From Anolis carolinensis (Eukaryota): a DNA stretch of 64,000 nucleotides. Of the stretch, positions 11,125 through 25,100 are shown in pieces. Under the pieces are notes generated by a model. It was not told where the DNA came from. It worked only from the letters and a program-made list of their open reading frames with translations, and searched no databases. The stretch lies in the NCBI RefSeq assembly GCF_035594765.1, contig NC_085844.1, forward strand, positions 64,991,923-65,055,922, read 5' to 3'. The number at the start of each line of letters is the position of its first letter. Position 1 is the stretch's first letter. A program made the position numbers and the translations under genes.

Positions 11125-12975
11125 GGGTAAGGTGGCTTTGTAGGTCAAAACTAGCACTTTGAATTGTGCTCGGAAAGGTGTTGGCAGCCAGTGGAGCTGT
11201 CGCAACTGAGGAGTTGTCCACTCCCTGTAGCCATCCCCAGTTAGCAGTCTGCCTGCTGCTCTTTGGACCAACTGAAATTTCTGAGCACTTTTCAAAGGCA
11301 GCCCCATGTAGAGCCCATTACAGTTGTTCAATTGGGATGTAACCAAAGTATGTATTGTGGCAAGATATGACTTCTCCAGGAATGGGCACAGTTGGCACAC
11401 TAGCTTTAACTATGTAAAAGCATAGTTAAAGGCCCAGGTATCACTGCTGATACCTGGGCCTCCAGGTTCAGAGCCAAATGCAAGAGTCCTCCCAAACGGT
11501 GAACCTGCATTTTCAGGAGCAGTGTAACCCCATCTAACACAGGCTGACTCCCTATTCTCAGACGTCTTACAACTGACTAGAAGCACCTCTGTCTTGTCTT
11601 GATTAAGCTTCAATTTGTTTGCCCTAATCCAGCCCATTACAGCTACCAGGCACCAGTTTACCACAGGAAAAGCTTGCTTGGAATTAGGTGAAAAGCAGTG
11701 GTACAGTCGGCTGTCATGTGCATATAGATAGCACCACACTCCAAATGTCCGGATGACCTCTCCCAGTGGTTTCATGTATATGTTGAACAGCATGGGGACC
11801 AGCACAGAGCCCTGAGGGACCTCACAGGCCAATGACCAAGGAGTCAAACAGAAGTCCCATAGCACCACCTTCTGAAAATGTCTCTCCAGGAAGGAACAGA
11901 GCCACTGAAGAACAGTATCTCCAAGCCCCATCCTAGAAATGTGACCCAGAAGGATACCATTGTTGATGATATTGAAAACCACTGAAAGGTACAGGAGAAC
12001 TAACAGGGACACACTCCCTCTGTCTAGTTCTCTGTATAGATCATCCACCAAGGTGACCAAAGCTGTTTCTGTCCCATAACCAGGACTGAAACCAGACTGA
12101 AATGGATCTAAATAATTTGCTTCATCAAGGAACCCTTAGAGTTGTGAAGCCACCACATGCTCCAGAACCTTGCCTAAAAATGGGAGGTTGAAGACTGGTC
12201 TGTAGTTGTCCAGTATAGAGGGGTCTAAGGAAGGTTTTTTTTTAAGAAGTGGTCTTACCACCGCATTCTTGAGGCCTGAGAATGGCATGTTAATTACTTC
12301 CCTGACCCACTCCACCATTCCCCCCTTGTCTGTTTTGTGAGCCAGGAAGGGCAAGGGTCTAGAGCACATGTGGTGGCTCTCATCTCTCCAAGAATCCTGT
12401 CCACATTCCCAGGCTGTACAAATTGAAATGTATCCATCAACACAGAACAAGCAGGTGCCAAAGTTACATCCACCGGAGCTGTATCAACTGTGGCATCTAA
12501 GTCAGAGAGAATCTGAGCAATCTTATCTGCAAAATTGAGGTGTGCTGTTGTATGGTCAACATTATCTTTCGGGCCAGGTTGGATTAGGCCTCTAACTACC
12601 CGAAACAGCTCTGCTGGATTGATTTTGTGCTGAAGCAATAGTATTTTGCTGGTTTTATTGCACCATCATAGATCTTCAGATACATCTTTACTTATTTTCA
12701 GTCAGAACCACTCTGAGTTCCCTGCCACTGTTGCTGTAGTCCTCATCTCATGCGTTTCATTGCTGCCAGGGCCTTAGTGAACCAGGGGGCCGGTTTAGCT
12801 CCACTTTGTGAGAAGGGCAATTGTATCTACCACCCTGCTCATTTCCCCATTCCAGAAATCGACCAGGGTTTCAACAGGATCACTTGTTCGGGTAGTGGGA
12901 AATTCCCCAAGAGCCATTAGGAATCCATCTGGATCCATAAGCCTCCTGGCGCGGGCCATCTTAATGGGTCCAAGG
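11125..12975 (-). mobile_element. L2 LINE ORF2 (tether plus RT), 5'-truncated, frameshifted
   Basis: Minus-strand ORF pieces: GPIKMARARRLMDPDGFL, NFADKIAQI, TTCALDPCPSW, PSLDPSILDNYRPVFNLPFLGKVLEHVVASQL, VPQGSVL, YAHD (the YADD equivalent), NKLKLNQDKTEVL and LHWLP..FKVLVLTYKA. Confidence 0.95.
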
Positions 12976-14466
12976 CTCAATGTGTTTTGCAATAACTCAT
13001 GCTCACTATCTGTTACCATCTCACTATCCATCATATATTGGAGCCAACTGATTTTGTTTCTTCCTTAACCATCTCACATTTGTGGAGAATTTTCAAATAA
13101 AACAAAACCACAGTGAGGGTTTAAATCTTCCACAATCATTCACACTGATCTTTTAACCAGTCTAGAGCCATGTGTGCTTTCTTTCAAGTAAATAATGAGC
13201 ATGTTCTTGAAACTGCACAATTAGACAGTTTTTCAGCGGAAGTTTTAAGTCTGCTTACCACTGTTATATGTGTTATAACACACTGTGTACACTGTGCAAT
13301 TAGACTTTGTTTCCAAATTTGTCATCAGGTCATTTTTTCATATAAAAGTATGTATCTCATCAAACAGCATATGCTTCTTCTCTGAATAGAAATAAATAAA
13401 TTTTGCAATAACACTAATAAAATCGTTTCTCATGAATATTATTAAAAACCAGAATACTGGAATTACTGTTATTAAACACAGTTTGTATAGCTTTGAATAT
13501 GTAAAATTGTACTTAATTATTGTATCTATTTATTTACTTTTTCGTTCATTTCTTTTTCTTTTTCATTCATTACCTTTTCACCAATTTCTTCCAATTGCAG
13601 TTTAAATAACATCAAGAACAACCTGTAGTCTGACAGGAATCTTGGGAATTGAGCAATTTTAAAGGATTAGAGAAACTTTACCTCAGGCAAATTCTGCAGT
13701 GGAATTATGGGTTTATGTTTTTAGTAGACTTTGGCTGTAAATTCATTTAAAATGTTAATGCAGAAAATTAAGAGCCAGCAAAGGATTTGAGTGAATAAAG
13801 AAATTAATCAGGAGTTCTTAAAAATGAAAAATCTCTTCTTGTGTATCTTGTGAATATCACACAGTGGCAGGATGAAATCCCAAAATGTTTTCAAATGTAC
13901 TGTCAAATAACAAAAGTCCAGATGGGCATAAGCTTGAAATGTTTCATACATCAGGAGGGGGAAAATGATTTATTAATGAAACCAATTTTCATTACTTAAA
14001 ATTGCACATTATACATGATCTCTCCCAAGGAAGCTGGTAATAAACATGGCCACAAGCTTGTTGGACATACCTAAATCCTAATGCCAGCATCGTTTTTTAA
14101 GTGCACAACATTTTTAATGCTTCATTTCTCGTCTCTATAATTTACTTTTCCTTGTGAAGACTTCTGCCATACATAAATTGCAGTATTTCCCACAGAGACG
14201 AAAGATGGAGTCCTTACACTGGATCATTACTCCAGCTATTCCCATTTTCTAATCAGCCTGGAGCTGTCAAACCAAATGGAGTGGTTGCTCAGGAATCTCC
14301 CTTAAAATGTATCATAGACGATAAGTAAATTATATCTCCTCACCAACTGAAGTACATATTACATGTCCCTAAAAAAGATATGTTTTAGAACTTCAGTTTT
14401 CCATAAGCAGCTAGGCTATCATTGGCCATGTCTATCAACTTATATTAGCCAACTGTCCATTCATAG

Positions 14467-14800
14467 GTAAAGGTAGGTAAAGGTTTTCCCCTGACGTTAA
14501 GTCCAGTCATGACCAACTCTGGGGGTTGGTGCTCATCTCCATTTCTAAGCCGAAGAGCCTGCGTTGTCCGTAGACACCTCCAAGGTCATGTGGCCGGCAT
14601 GACTGCATGGAACGCCCTTACCTTCCCGCCAGAGCGGTACCTATTGATCTACTCACATTGGCATGTTTTCGAACTGCTAGGTTGGCAGGAGCTGGGGCTA
14701 ACAGCGGGCACTCATTCCGCTCCCGGGATTTGAACCTGCAACCTTTCGGTCTGCAAGTTCAGCAGCTCAGCGCTTTAACACACTGCGCCGCCACCAGGGG
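14467..14800 (-). mobile_element. Sauria SINE, full length
   Basis: tRNA-derived head (B box GGTTCAAATCC on minus) and ACCTTT tail. TSD CCATTCATAG at 14457-14466 and 14801-14810. Confidence 0.95.
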
Positions 14801-15009
14801 CCATTCATAGAACACAATAAATGAGAACATTAATTTTTACATTTTAATACAAAGCTCTGGCAGTTACACATGAAGACCAATGGAAACTGCCCCATTAACA
14901 ATGTGGTAAAATGAAGAACATTTTTTAAAAAAATATCAGAAACAATTCAGCACTTGATGCACAATACATAAGCCCGGCTTGACAGTTTTAACTGGATTAT
15001 AGATAAAGC

Positions 15010-16287
15010 CTTGTGCTAGGTAGTTTCAGAAAAACATCTATTTCTGTTTTACTGACTATTCTAAAGCCTTCGACTGTATGGATCATAATAAATTGTGGCA
15101 AGTTCTTGTTGGTATGGGGATACCAAGTCACCTTGTCTATCCCCTGAGAAATCTGTATAATGACCAAGTAGTAACAGTAAGAACAGACCATGGAACAACA
15201 GACTGGTTCAATATTGGGAAAGGAGTGCGGCAGGGCTGCATACTTTCACCCTCCTTATTCAGCTTGTACGCAGAACACATCAAGTGACGTGCAGAGCTTG
15301 ATGAATCCAAGGCTGGAGTTAAAATTGCTGGAAGAAACATTAACAACCTTAGATATGCAGATGATACCACTTGATGTCTGAAAGTGAGGAGGATCTGAGG
15401 AGCCTTATCACCAAGGTGAAAGAAGAAAGTGCAAAAGCTGGGTTGCTGTTAAACATCAAGAAAACCAAGATCATGGCAACTACACCTGGCAAATAGAGGG
15501 AGAAAACGTGGAGGCAGTGACAGACTTTATATTTCTAGGTGCGAAGATCACTGCAGACACAGACTGCAGCCAGGAAATCAGAAGACGCTTACTTCTTGGG
15601 AGGAGAGCAATGGCCAACCTTGACAAAAAAGCTTTACTAGAGCTTTTAATCTATGTTAATTTTATCAATATTTGTATGTATGTATTTTTATCATTTACAA
15701 TTTTATCTTGTAAATCGCCTAGAGCATCTTGGATGGAGGGCGATTAATAAGTAATTAAATGATGATGATGATGATGATGATGATGCCAAAATAGTGAAGA
15801 GCAGAGACATCACACTGGAAACGATGGTCCACATAGTTAAACCAATGGTATTCCCCATAGTAACCTATAGATGCGAGAGCTGGACCTTAAGAAAGGCTGA
15901 GTGAAGGAAGATAGGCGCTTTTGAATTGTGGTGTTGGAGGAAAATTCTGAGAGTGCCTTGGACCGCAAGAAGAGCCAACCAGTCCATACTTCAGGAAATA
16001 ATGCTTGGCTGCTCACTGGAGGGAAGGATATTGGAGGCAAAGATGAAGTATTTTGGCCACATAATGAGAAGACAGGAAAGCTTGGAAAAGAGAATGATGC
16101 TGGGGAAAATGGAAGGGAAAAGGAAGAGGGGCTGACCAAGAGCAAGATGGACGGACGGTATCCTTGAAGTGACTAGCTTGACCTTGAAGGATCTGGGGGT
16201 GGCGACGGCCAACAGGAAGCTCTGGAGTGAGCTGGTCCATGAGGTCATGAAGAGTCGGAAGCAACTGAATGAATAAACAACAACAAC
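15010..16287 (+). mobile_element. RTE-BovB LINE, 5'-truncated
   Basis: FCFTDYSKAFDCMDHNKLW, GKGVRQGCILSP, NINNLRYADDTT, FIFLGAKIT and WCWRKILRVPWTARR. The 3' end is GAGTCGGAAGCAACTGAATGAATAAA(CAA)n. Confidence 0.95.
15629..15783 (+). mobile_element. Short L2-type 3' tail insertion nested in BovB
   Basis: TGTAAATCGCCTAGAG...AGGGCGATT stem-loop followed by (TGA)n. It interrupts BovB between near-duplicated TGACAAAA (15621-15628) and TGCCAAAA (15784-15791). Confidence 0.75.
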
Positions 16288-17162
16288 CATTAAAAACCAT
16301 GTAAAACAACTGCTCCAAATATATCCATAGATGTGGTACAGTCATTTTTGACACATAGCAACCACTCTGATTTGGCAGGAAATGTCCCAATTAGTTCTTT
16401 GGTGTCCCACTCTTTCAACTTTTTTAAATTCCAAATTTCTCTCTCCACATCTCACTTTCCCACCTCATACTCATTTACTTCCATTGGTTCAAACTGAGCT
16501 AAAAGCAAAAAAAGTAGTTTGTATTCAACTCTTCAAAAGAAAACTTCTGAAGCTTCTGCTAGCTTGACTGTTCTTCCTCTTTAATTTTGCCATCTTGGCC
16601 TCAACTCTGATTTTGCTCAGTCACATGTGTCCAACCTTTTACCTGTGAAATGTTGGAGGATATGCATTTTTTTCCCATGAACTGATTATTGATACGTAAT
16701 CAGATAGAGAAAGTACAGTGAAAAGGGAAAGCTTATATGGACTCATTTTGGAATGTTTATTTTAGCTTTCATTTGTTTTATTTATGTTCAGTCTTTTCCC
16801 CAATAAGGGACTCAAGGTAACTCATACTAAGGAAAACCAAAGAACAGTACAACTTCCCTATGCACATATTTGATATCCATGATTTCTCCTCCCAATGTTG
16901 CAACACACACACACACACAGAGACACACACACGGGAATATTTGTGGGTCTCTCTAGGTCCCCCACTGTGATTCTATGTATGCTTCCACCCTATAGTAGAA
17001 ATATAGGATTTGCAAATATAAGTATAGAGGATGTGGCCAAAATATGGCGGGCGAGGCAGTTTCACCACCACCTAATATACTTTATATATTTTTCTTTGCT
17101 GCCTCCAATTTATATTATATGCTTCTTTTGCTGCCAACGTTTAAATCATATACCGGTATGAG

Positions 17163-17446
17163 CAGGGCCGTAGCCAGAAAAAAATTTCGGGAGGGGTTTT
17201 GAAAATTTCGGGGGGGGGGGTTTAACCCCTAGCACACACCCCTCCCCGCTACAAACCTGTCAATATCTGCTTGAGATAGTGCCTGGAGGGACTCTTAATG
17301 TTTTGTATCTCATAGACTTAGCATGGGGATTTGGTTAACCAGTTAAAATTCATGAGTAAACCAGGTTTTTTTTTTATAACCTGAAAAATTTGGGGGGGGG
17401 GGGGGGTTGAACCCCTAACACCCCCCCCCCCCCGGCTACAGGCCTG
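17163..17446. mobile_element. hAT MITE with G/C-tract subterminal repeats
   Basis: TIRs CAGGGCCGTAGCCAG and CCGGCTACAGGCCTG match at 12/15. The 8-bp TSD GGTATGAG / AGTATTAG matches at 6/8. Confidence 0.85.
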
Positions 17447-17459
17447 AGTATTAGTGATG

Positions 17460-18080
17460 GTTAATAAGCAGACAGGCCCCCTCTTTATTGTGATGAACAG
17501 GAAGACACTTGAGGTGAAGTTAAAAACAGAAATATGATGTTTATTTGTACTTGAAAAGAAAGGTTGCATATTGGTTTCAATAAATATAACAGGTTGGCTA
17601 CTTAAACAGAGATTGGTTTCTTTAACTTGAGTTGCTTTACAAGTATGTTCTCTCACAAAGAAATATAAACAGGCTTTTTCAACCTTTGAGTCCCCTCTAA
17701 ACACAAGCACTCTAACCCTTAGAAGCTGACTACAATCCTTAGCACTTCTCCTTGAAGGCTAATTTAACTTTTCCCTCAAAGAGGTTTCTCGATAACAGTT
17801 CCCAAAACCTTCCTTCCTTCCTCTTCAAAACTCAAACTCTATAACTTCAAACATCAAAACCTATCTGACTAATTTTCTGGCTGAATAGTTCTTACTGCCT
17901 CTCTGGCTCCGCCTGCCTCCTGTTGCTAAATAACTCCCTCCAATTTCATCAACCAATCAGATTGCACTTCCAGATATGAAGCTACTTGATCCCTCATCCT
18001 CCAGCTTTGCTTCGCCTTTCCAAGCAAGGCCTTGAATTGCCTTTACACACCAACCATACAAGGTAGGCCAGTCTGTTACA
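17460..18080 (-). mobile_element. Possible solo LTR
   Basis: The right end GCCAGTCTGTTACA (TGTAACAGAC on minus) is partly mirrored by CAGACAGGCC at the left. TTTATT lies near the left end and a CCAATCAG box is internal. No clean TSD. Confidence 0.35.
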
Positions 18081-19029
18081 ATAAGCTAAACTAGAGGGTT
18101 ACATTAACCACCACAGTGGTCCTAGAGAGTTGTACCCCTTTCTTCAACCCATAATATAGCCTAAGGGGTACAAATGTGACATACCCTTCACCCATCCTTT
18201 CTTTAAAGCCAAATCTCATGCTCATAAACTCTTTTTTCAGTCTGACCTAACCTTAGATTTCTATTTGCATATTAATTTCCTGATCCTTCTGCCCTAGAGC
18301 TAGTGTCCTAGCAATTCAAGCACGGTTATTTGTACATCTTCTCTACCTGGAAAAAGTCTCCATATAATTACAAATACTCACAATAATGCATAAACATTCT
18401 GGGAGTGAAAATAAAAATATAAACAAGCTTTCATAAACTGCTTGCTTCCTCTTCTCTTTTTGTCCTGCTCAGAAATAGGTTTTAAATTATTTCCCTGCAT
18501 TGTTTTCATGAGAAGTGCCCTCCGTTGTGAGCGACAAGGACACATTGTATGGGAAACTAATTATTATAATTACCATTCCTATAAAATGCTAATATTTCAA
18601 GCCCAAATTTGGTTCAACCTTCATAAATTATTCTGACCGCAACATTTGGCCTTTCTTAGCATTGTTTTCAAGGACTGAGTGCATTTGTTTAGCAGACCTG
18701 TCTAGTGCTGCTGTGGTATGATGAAGGGCGACATTATTTCAGAAGAATTTCCATAGTGAGAAGCATAAGTCCAATGTATTTATCTTATCTGCACCGTAAG
18801 GTACAGTGATTAACAGCTGGTGTGCGTTCATAAACAACACTGCTATCCAGATATGAAAGATGATATAAAAGGAATGCAAAACATTTCACTCTTGCATAAA
18901 TATATGTGGCACAACCTTTTACTTAATTCAAGAAATGGTAAAGTATTGATCTAAAGCACGAGTGGCAGACCTCCCCCCCCCCCTTATTTATGCTGTATTC
19001 CTTTAGGAAAATGGTTTAAATTCTCTAAC

Positions 19030-19217
19030 GTGGGGGTGTCAAATTCATTTTCACCAAGGGCCACATCAGCCTGATAGTTGCCTTCAAAGGGCCATTTGTA
19101 ATTGCAAGATGATAAAAATGTAACCATGTTGCCCTGGCATGGAAAGCTTTGTGGGGCATATACAATGAAATGGGGCCTGTGGATTAGGCCTGTGGATCTT
19201 GTGTTTGACACATGTGT
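19030..19217. mobile_element. hAT-Charlie (MER30-like) MITE
   Basis: GGGGTGTCAAA and TTTGACACATGTG termini, with internal GGGCCACATCAGCC...GTTGCCTTCAAAGGGCC. Confidence 0.65.
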
Positions 19218-19361
19218 CCTAAAGGCATCAGGTCCCATCTGTTCTTGACAGCTAAGTAGTATCAGCAGCCCTGGTTTTAGTACCTGGAAGTGAGACCAGT
19301 AACTAATGCCTGATGCTCTAGGTTGTATTTCAGAGGAAGGAACTGACAAATCAACCTCTGA

Positions 19362-19511
19362 GGCCCCTTCGACACTGACCTTTTATCCTAGGATCTGATC
19401 CCAGATTACCTGTTTATCCCAGGTTATCTGGCAGTGGGGACTCATATAATCCACTTTAAAGCAGATAATCTGGGATCTGTTCCTGGGATATAGGGCAGTA
19501 TGGAAGGGGCC
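19362..19511. mobile_element. PIF/Harbinger-type MITE inserted in an old SINE tail
   Basis: TIRs GGCCCCTTC / GAAGGGGCC, 3-bp TSD TGA, and an internal GATCCCAGATTA / TAATCTGGGATC fold-back. Confidence 0.85.
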
Positions 19512-22043
19512 TGAGTGGTCTGCTTATGCTATTGAATTCATGAGGTCATCATAGGTCAAGGGGTGATTTGAAGGCACATATATGCTCCTTTGAAGTACTG
19601 CAATCTGTTTTGCAGGATTTGAGATTGAAACTAGAGTTAGGAAAGGCCACAGCCAAAAATGGTTATGGCCACAATTTTCTTTTTTCTTACTGTCACTCTT
19701 CTATACCCTTTCCCACTCCTTTTCTCTCTTTTTTTCTGTAATTCTTTCTTTACCATCTCTGCCATTCTGTCATTCCCCTTTATCTTCTACCATTCCTTTC
19801 CACTGCTATGTTATTGTTGGTGAATCCACTCTGGCTCTAAGAGTGCATTTACATTGTAAATTCAGTACAGTTTGAGATCACTTTAATTTCCGTGCCTTGG
19901 TGCTGTAGAATCTTGGATTTGTAGTTTTACAAAGCCTTTAGCCTTCTCTGCAAATAGTGCTAGTGCCTGGCACAGCTTCTACTATTCCATTGCATTGAGC
20001 CATAGCAGCCAAAGTAGTTTCAAATCACATTATTTTAAAAATGTAGCTGCATCCTATATCAGAACATGAACATTCACAAAATAGGTTCAACACTTGGAGA
20101 ACTCCTTGAAAGTTCAGAATAACAATCGCAACTTCTCATCTACTTCGGGGTATGTGGCTCTCGTCCATGGGCCCTCAGATAGGACAATTCCAGCTTTGAA
20201 AGGGGAAATGGCATGAAAGACAATGTCTTTACAGCATTACGTTTAACATTTCATTGACGAAAGTTAGATCACATGTGACCAAACAATATCAGAATGTAGT
20301 CAAGCTGAGGCGGGTTGCTTTTGCCTGGGTCTGCTGCCATCTCCTTCCCCTTTGTGTGTTATTTTTTCACTTTGCACCAATTGAGATAAGCTGGGATAAA
20401 CGGGAAAATGGGAGGAGGAAAGAGAAAGTCTTGCGAGATGGCACCATACTGATTTTTCTAGGAGAATCCAATGGCTTCATTGCAAAAATTATTGCTGAAC
20501 AATGGCATCCTGGCTCACAAGTAATCCTATTAACCATTGTGCTGCACTTGTTCCCAAAACAATATCTGCAAGTAATTCATTTATCAATGAGAATATCCTT
20601 AAATGCACTCTCCTTTACACAAAAGAAGTGGCAAATAACACAATTAACAATAAAAAAATACTTACAGAATTCCTTCCGCCATTCTTTCTACACAAAAACT
20701 GCTATATAAAATGTCACTGTTGGGTGATTTGTATTCTAGATCCCTCCTTTAAAAGGAGACAGCTGTATGCAAGCTGTATATTAAATTTACAAATTATTCA
20801 TCATTTACATGATAAATAAATATAAATTGCCCAATAATATATAACTAAGATGAGTTTTGCCCTTGGAGTCAACAAACAAGCTTGCTAAAATTAAACATGA
20901 GAGGAGGGGGCTATGTGTTTGTGTATAAATGTATATATGCTTGTGTGCGTGTGAGACAGACAGAGAGGCAAACAGACAGATGGACAGAAAGATTAAGGAG
21001 AAAGGGAAGTTTCAAAAGAGACAGAATGATGAGTGGGGGGAAAGTGAAGGAGGATGACCAACAGAGAATTTAAGTGGCGTAAGCAGAAAAAAATAGGATT
21101 AAGCCGAGGAAAAACAGCAAAGAGACAAGAAACAGATGGACAGGGGATAGGGGAATGAAACATTTGAGCCAGGGCAACAGGACACAGATTGGAGGACAGA
21201 AAATGTGATGCTAGGAAGATAAGGGAAAGGAGGGAGGGATGGGAGGGAAGAATGATGGAAGTGGCATCGGATTTTTCTGTCCCAGGCAAATAAGAAGAGT
21301 GAATATGTCTGAAGGACAATGAATCTAAAGGGGAAAATGTAATAGAAAACAGTTGCTGCAATTTGATAAAAATGAAAAGATGCAAATAGGACAGGAGAAG
21401 TAAATGTACTTACTAGGGAAAATATTAACACAGCTATCCCTATCTTCTGCTTAGAGAAAAGGATTGTCGGACTTGCTTTCTTGCTTAGAAATTAAGGCTT
21501 TTCAGCTTGAGTTTCCATCCAAATAAGGGGATTTGCATAGCCACCACAGGGAAAGGCTACCAAGCGGACTCTTAATCTGTTTATTCAGCTAACAGCAAGG
21601 CTGCGATCCTATGCAGACTTACTTCAAAGCTAGCCCCATTGAACTCAGTGCAGCTGACATTTTGTAGGATCCTGATATTGGTTTTGGTTAAGGCTTGATA
21701 AAATGGATGGGGTGGCAGGAGCTAGATACTGCATGACCAAACAAGAACAGCAAGCCTTGCCAGTACTTGCTTTTATCTCTCTCAGATTCCTCTGGCGCTT
21801 GGTCAATGGTTTCTTTTCTATATGACAGGACTAAGCAACCTGGTAACATATATATATATTGTATGACAGCTCCACACAATTCCTAACCATCAAGCATGCT
21901 AACTTGAGTTATAGGAACTGTATTCCTCATCATTGGAAAGGTGCAGATTTTTCTCATCTTCTTTTACAGCTATAAGCAGCTTTAATTCAGAAGCATTGCT
22001 TGGAGAAAGACAGAAAGTGAAAGGCTTAACTCTACTTCCCTAA

Positions 22044-22191
22044 GGCCCTTTCTTCACTGCCCCTATAGCTCAGGATCTGATCCCAGATTTTCTGCTTTAA
22101 ACTGGATTATATGAGACTCCAGTGCCAAAACCTGGGATAAGAAGATAATCTGTAATCAGATACTGCCATATTGGGAAAGTGTGGAAGGGCC
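22044..22191. mobile_element. PIF/Harbinger-type MITE (same family as 19362)
   Basis: GGCCCTTTC...GAAGGGCC termini and a CAGGATCTGATCCCAGAT core. Confidence 0.8.
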
Positions 22192-25100
22192 CAAAGTGTC
22201 ATGGTCCAGAGCCAAATTGTGATTTTGTTTAAGTTCCCTGCAGTTGATTTTCAAGAAAGAAGAAACCAGTGGGAAACCCATGCATGGGTCACCTATATCA
22301 CTTTTACTTTGGGCCCTTTATGGTGGCTCGCTAATAAGTATGGGCATTCTTTCAGTGTGAATTTCTTCTCCTACTCTCCAATAGCTAACAGGAAGCCAGT
22401 TTTCAAAAGACTAAAGCATGAAATATTGAGAACAGGGCATGTGATATTGAAACACATTATTTTGAATTCAGTGGAAGGATTGCATTTCCTCTCTCCTGGA
22501 AAATCTCTGTTCCAGATGGGACATAATTGAAATAAAAGAACAAAATATTCTTAAGACTATACTATCTTCAGCAAACTTTCTAAGACAGTTTACCAACCAA
22601 GATTTCCTTTTTTAAAAAAAGAAAAGGAAAAGCATAGTATAAGAAACCACGGAATATTCAAAGATTATTGGTTAATAGAATTGCAGCTATCCTCTAAAAA
22701 CGTCAACAGTGTTGGCTTTTAGGAGTTTGAGGAGAAAAGTGTATGAACAGGAACATTATCTCGGGGAAATACTTTCTCTCTGCTTCTCACTAGTCTTACC
22801 TTAGAAAATGGAGGGGACTTGGAGGAGACGCTTGGAAAGAACTTCACTATACCAGCAAGCTGCTATGGAAGCTCATCTTTCTTCAGATTGCAGCTATCTC
22901 CTACCTGATGTATGGGATGGTGTACTGAACTCCTCAAAAATGGAGGAACCATCTGCGATATGCCAAGCATGAGTTTAGTGTCCATTCTGAGTTAAACAAA
23001 CTTGACATAACTTGTAGGATTTTCTAATGAGATGATGAAAAAATATGTTAAGTCTTAAAAGCAGCATTGGTGGTGATGCTACGTTTTCAGAACTCCTTCA
23101 GGTGTTTCTATTTGATAAGATATATTAGTCTTTTTTATTCTGAGCTGCATATTTCACTTTAGCCTTACCAATTCTGGTTGAAGGCTGGACTTCTTTGAAT
23201 ATAAATCCAAAGCTTCTTTCTAAGGTAGACATTTGTTTTCTGTTCAGAAGACAAAGCAAAGAAATGAATGAACTCTATGTGATCTCTGCTCAACAAAGAC
23301 ATTTTATTATACCTTCTGTTCTTTTGACATTGGCCTAATTATAATGTATTTTGTTCTGCAGGTTTATTTTAAATCCATTGAATCCAAAGATGAAACAGTA
23401 CTTAAATATTGTTATAATCCAATTATAACAACAATGTACAAGGGCAATGAAAAGTCACATTTCTTTTGCATTATTTACTTATAAGCATGCACAATTAACT
23501 TAAATAAAGGAATGAATATTTATTTCAGCCCATTTTTGTAATTTCATACATTTGTGTTTATGTATACATATTTCTTGAATATGTATAAATCTCTGTATTT
23601 AAATCTACTCACCAGTACCACTCTCAAAGCCCTACTCCCCAGATATAGCATTTTCCCCATAAGTATAGATTACAAGTCAAAACTAGATTCATTCATCCAA
23701 TTAATGCTGCTGTAAAATTACATCTGAAATAAATATTTCTTCATCCCTCACTTTTTCTTTCCCTCCATCTAGATATCAATTTAAATAAGGATTGGATACA
23801 AGATGTTTGTTCCATTGAAATTAATAATTACTTTTTCATTTTGATTTCAATGCAACCAAAAGACAACCAATTTAAGTCTACTTTAAATTCAGTTGTAAGG
23901 CCCAACTGTAATAATCCCATTGGTTGCTATTCCCAATGGAATTGAGACTAGCAACTGGATTTGACCTTAGTCTTGAGCCAGTCACAAGAGTTGGAGACAC
24001 ACTAACACTTACTTAGCGAAGTTCTGCCTATGCTGGGGGGAAACTGATTTTTATTATTGCTTTCGTCCCCTGCCAACTCTCAGGCACATCTTTAAAATAT
24101 GTTTTACAAGACTGAGAGAGTTTTTGGAGCAACATGAGAGTTAGTATAGTAGGTTGCACAGGAAACATTGTCTTCCATCTGTTTTCTCCAGGCTTCACTG
24201 GATCTGAGTATCTTTTTTGAATGCAAGAACTCTTTTCTTTATGGAATCCAATTGTGTTTCTTTTCATTCCACTAATGAAATGCCCATATAGTAATATGTT
24301 CTGGAATTATGGGTAGCACCAATAAATCAATCGAACACTGCAATTTTTACGAGTAGTTTTAGGTCCATCCTTGTACAGTGTATACTGTTTTTCTCCTGTT
24401 CTATATTAATTTCTGCAGTGAGAACTTTTCAGCCCATGGACACTTTCTGTACAAGTTCAAACCAAGCTCCTCCAGAGATATTAATTACACGAGAAGCCTC
24501 CACAAGGAGAAATATGATTCCCAAATGCTGGTGTTCATACTGAATACAGGAAATGTTGCGAGCCATGTAAAGTTAGAAATATAGCTAAAGTATGGCCCAG
24601 CAGTCCTTTTCTACTCACGTTGCCTCTTCAACTCATTTTGCCTTATCACCTGAAAAAGATTAATGTTGTTATGCTATGAGTACAGCAGCATTCATATAGA
24701 TTATACAGCTACTGCTGGTCCTCCAAGAGTCCTTGTCAGTCATGTAGCTAGAGGACAGTGACCAAAAAAAAAAAAAAAAAAAAAAGGGCAAAATCCTAGA
24801 ACTTGACATATGAAACAGCAATCCAGTGATTTTTTTTAAAAAAAAGATGCAGGGAGGGAGAAGAAGAGGCCCTAACTTGGTTTGTGTTATTCCCTTTGAT
24901 TTAAGAATGGAAATGGTTAAGGAGAGCCTAGAATTTAAAGTAGAGAAGTACGACTTATTCATTACTTAAGGAAACTGTGTGCTGCTTGGCAGGGGTGTTG
25001 TTTCCAGAGCATATTTGTTGGATCTGGCTGCCCAAGGAGCATGTTTACCAAGGGCAATGACCATCAATCAATGGTACCTGCAGAGCACTCTTACATTCCA

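Noticed and set aside
14467-14800. tRNA genes suggested by A/B boxes here and in the other SINE copies
   Set aside because: These are tRNA-derived SINE heads with SINE bodies, tails and TSDs, not cloverleaf tRNA genes.
22808-22972. 54-codon ATG ORF with exon-like composition
   Set aside because: No recognisable homology or splice context, and the length is expected by chance.
23330-23480. Strong-looking splice acceptor (TTTTGTTCTGCAG|G) as a host exon
   Set aside because: It has no convincing donor, the downstream sequence is AT-rich, and no peptide is recognisable. A non-coding exon cannot be excluded without RNA data.
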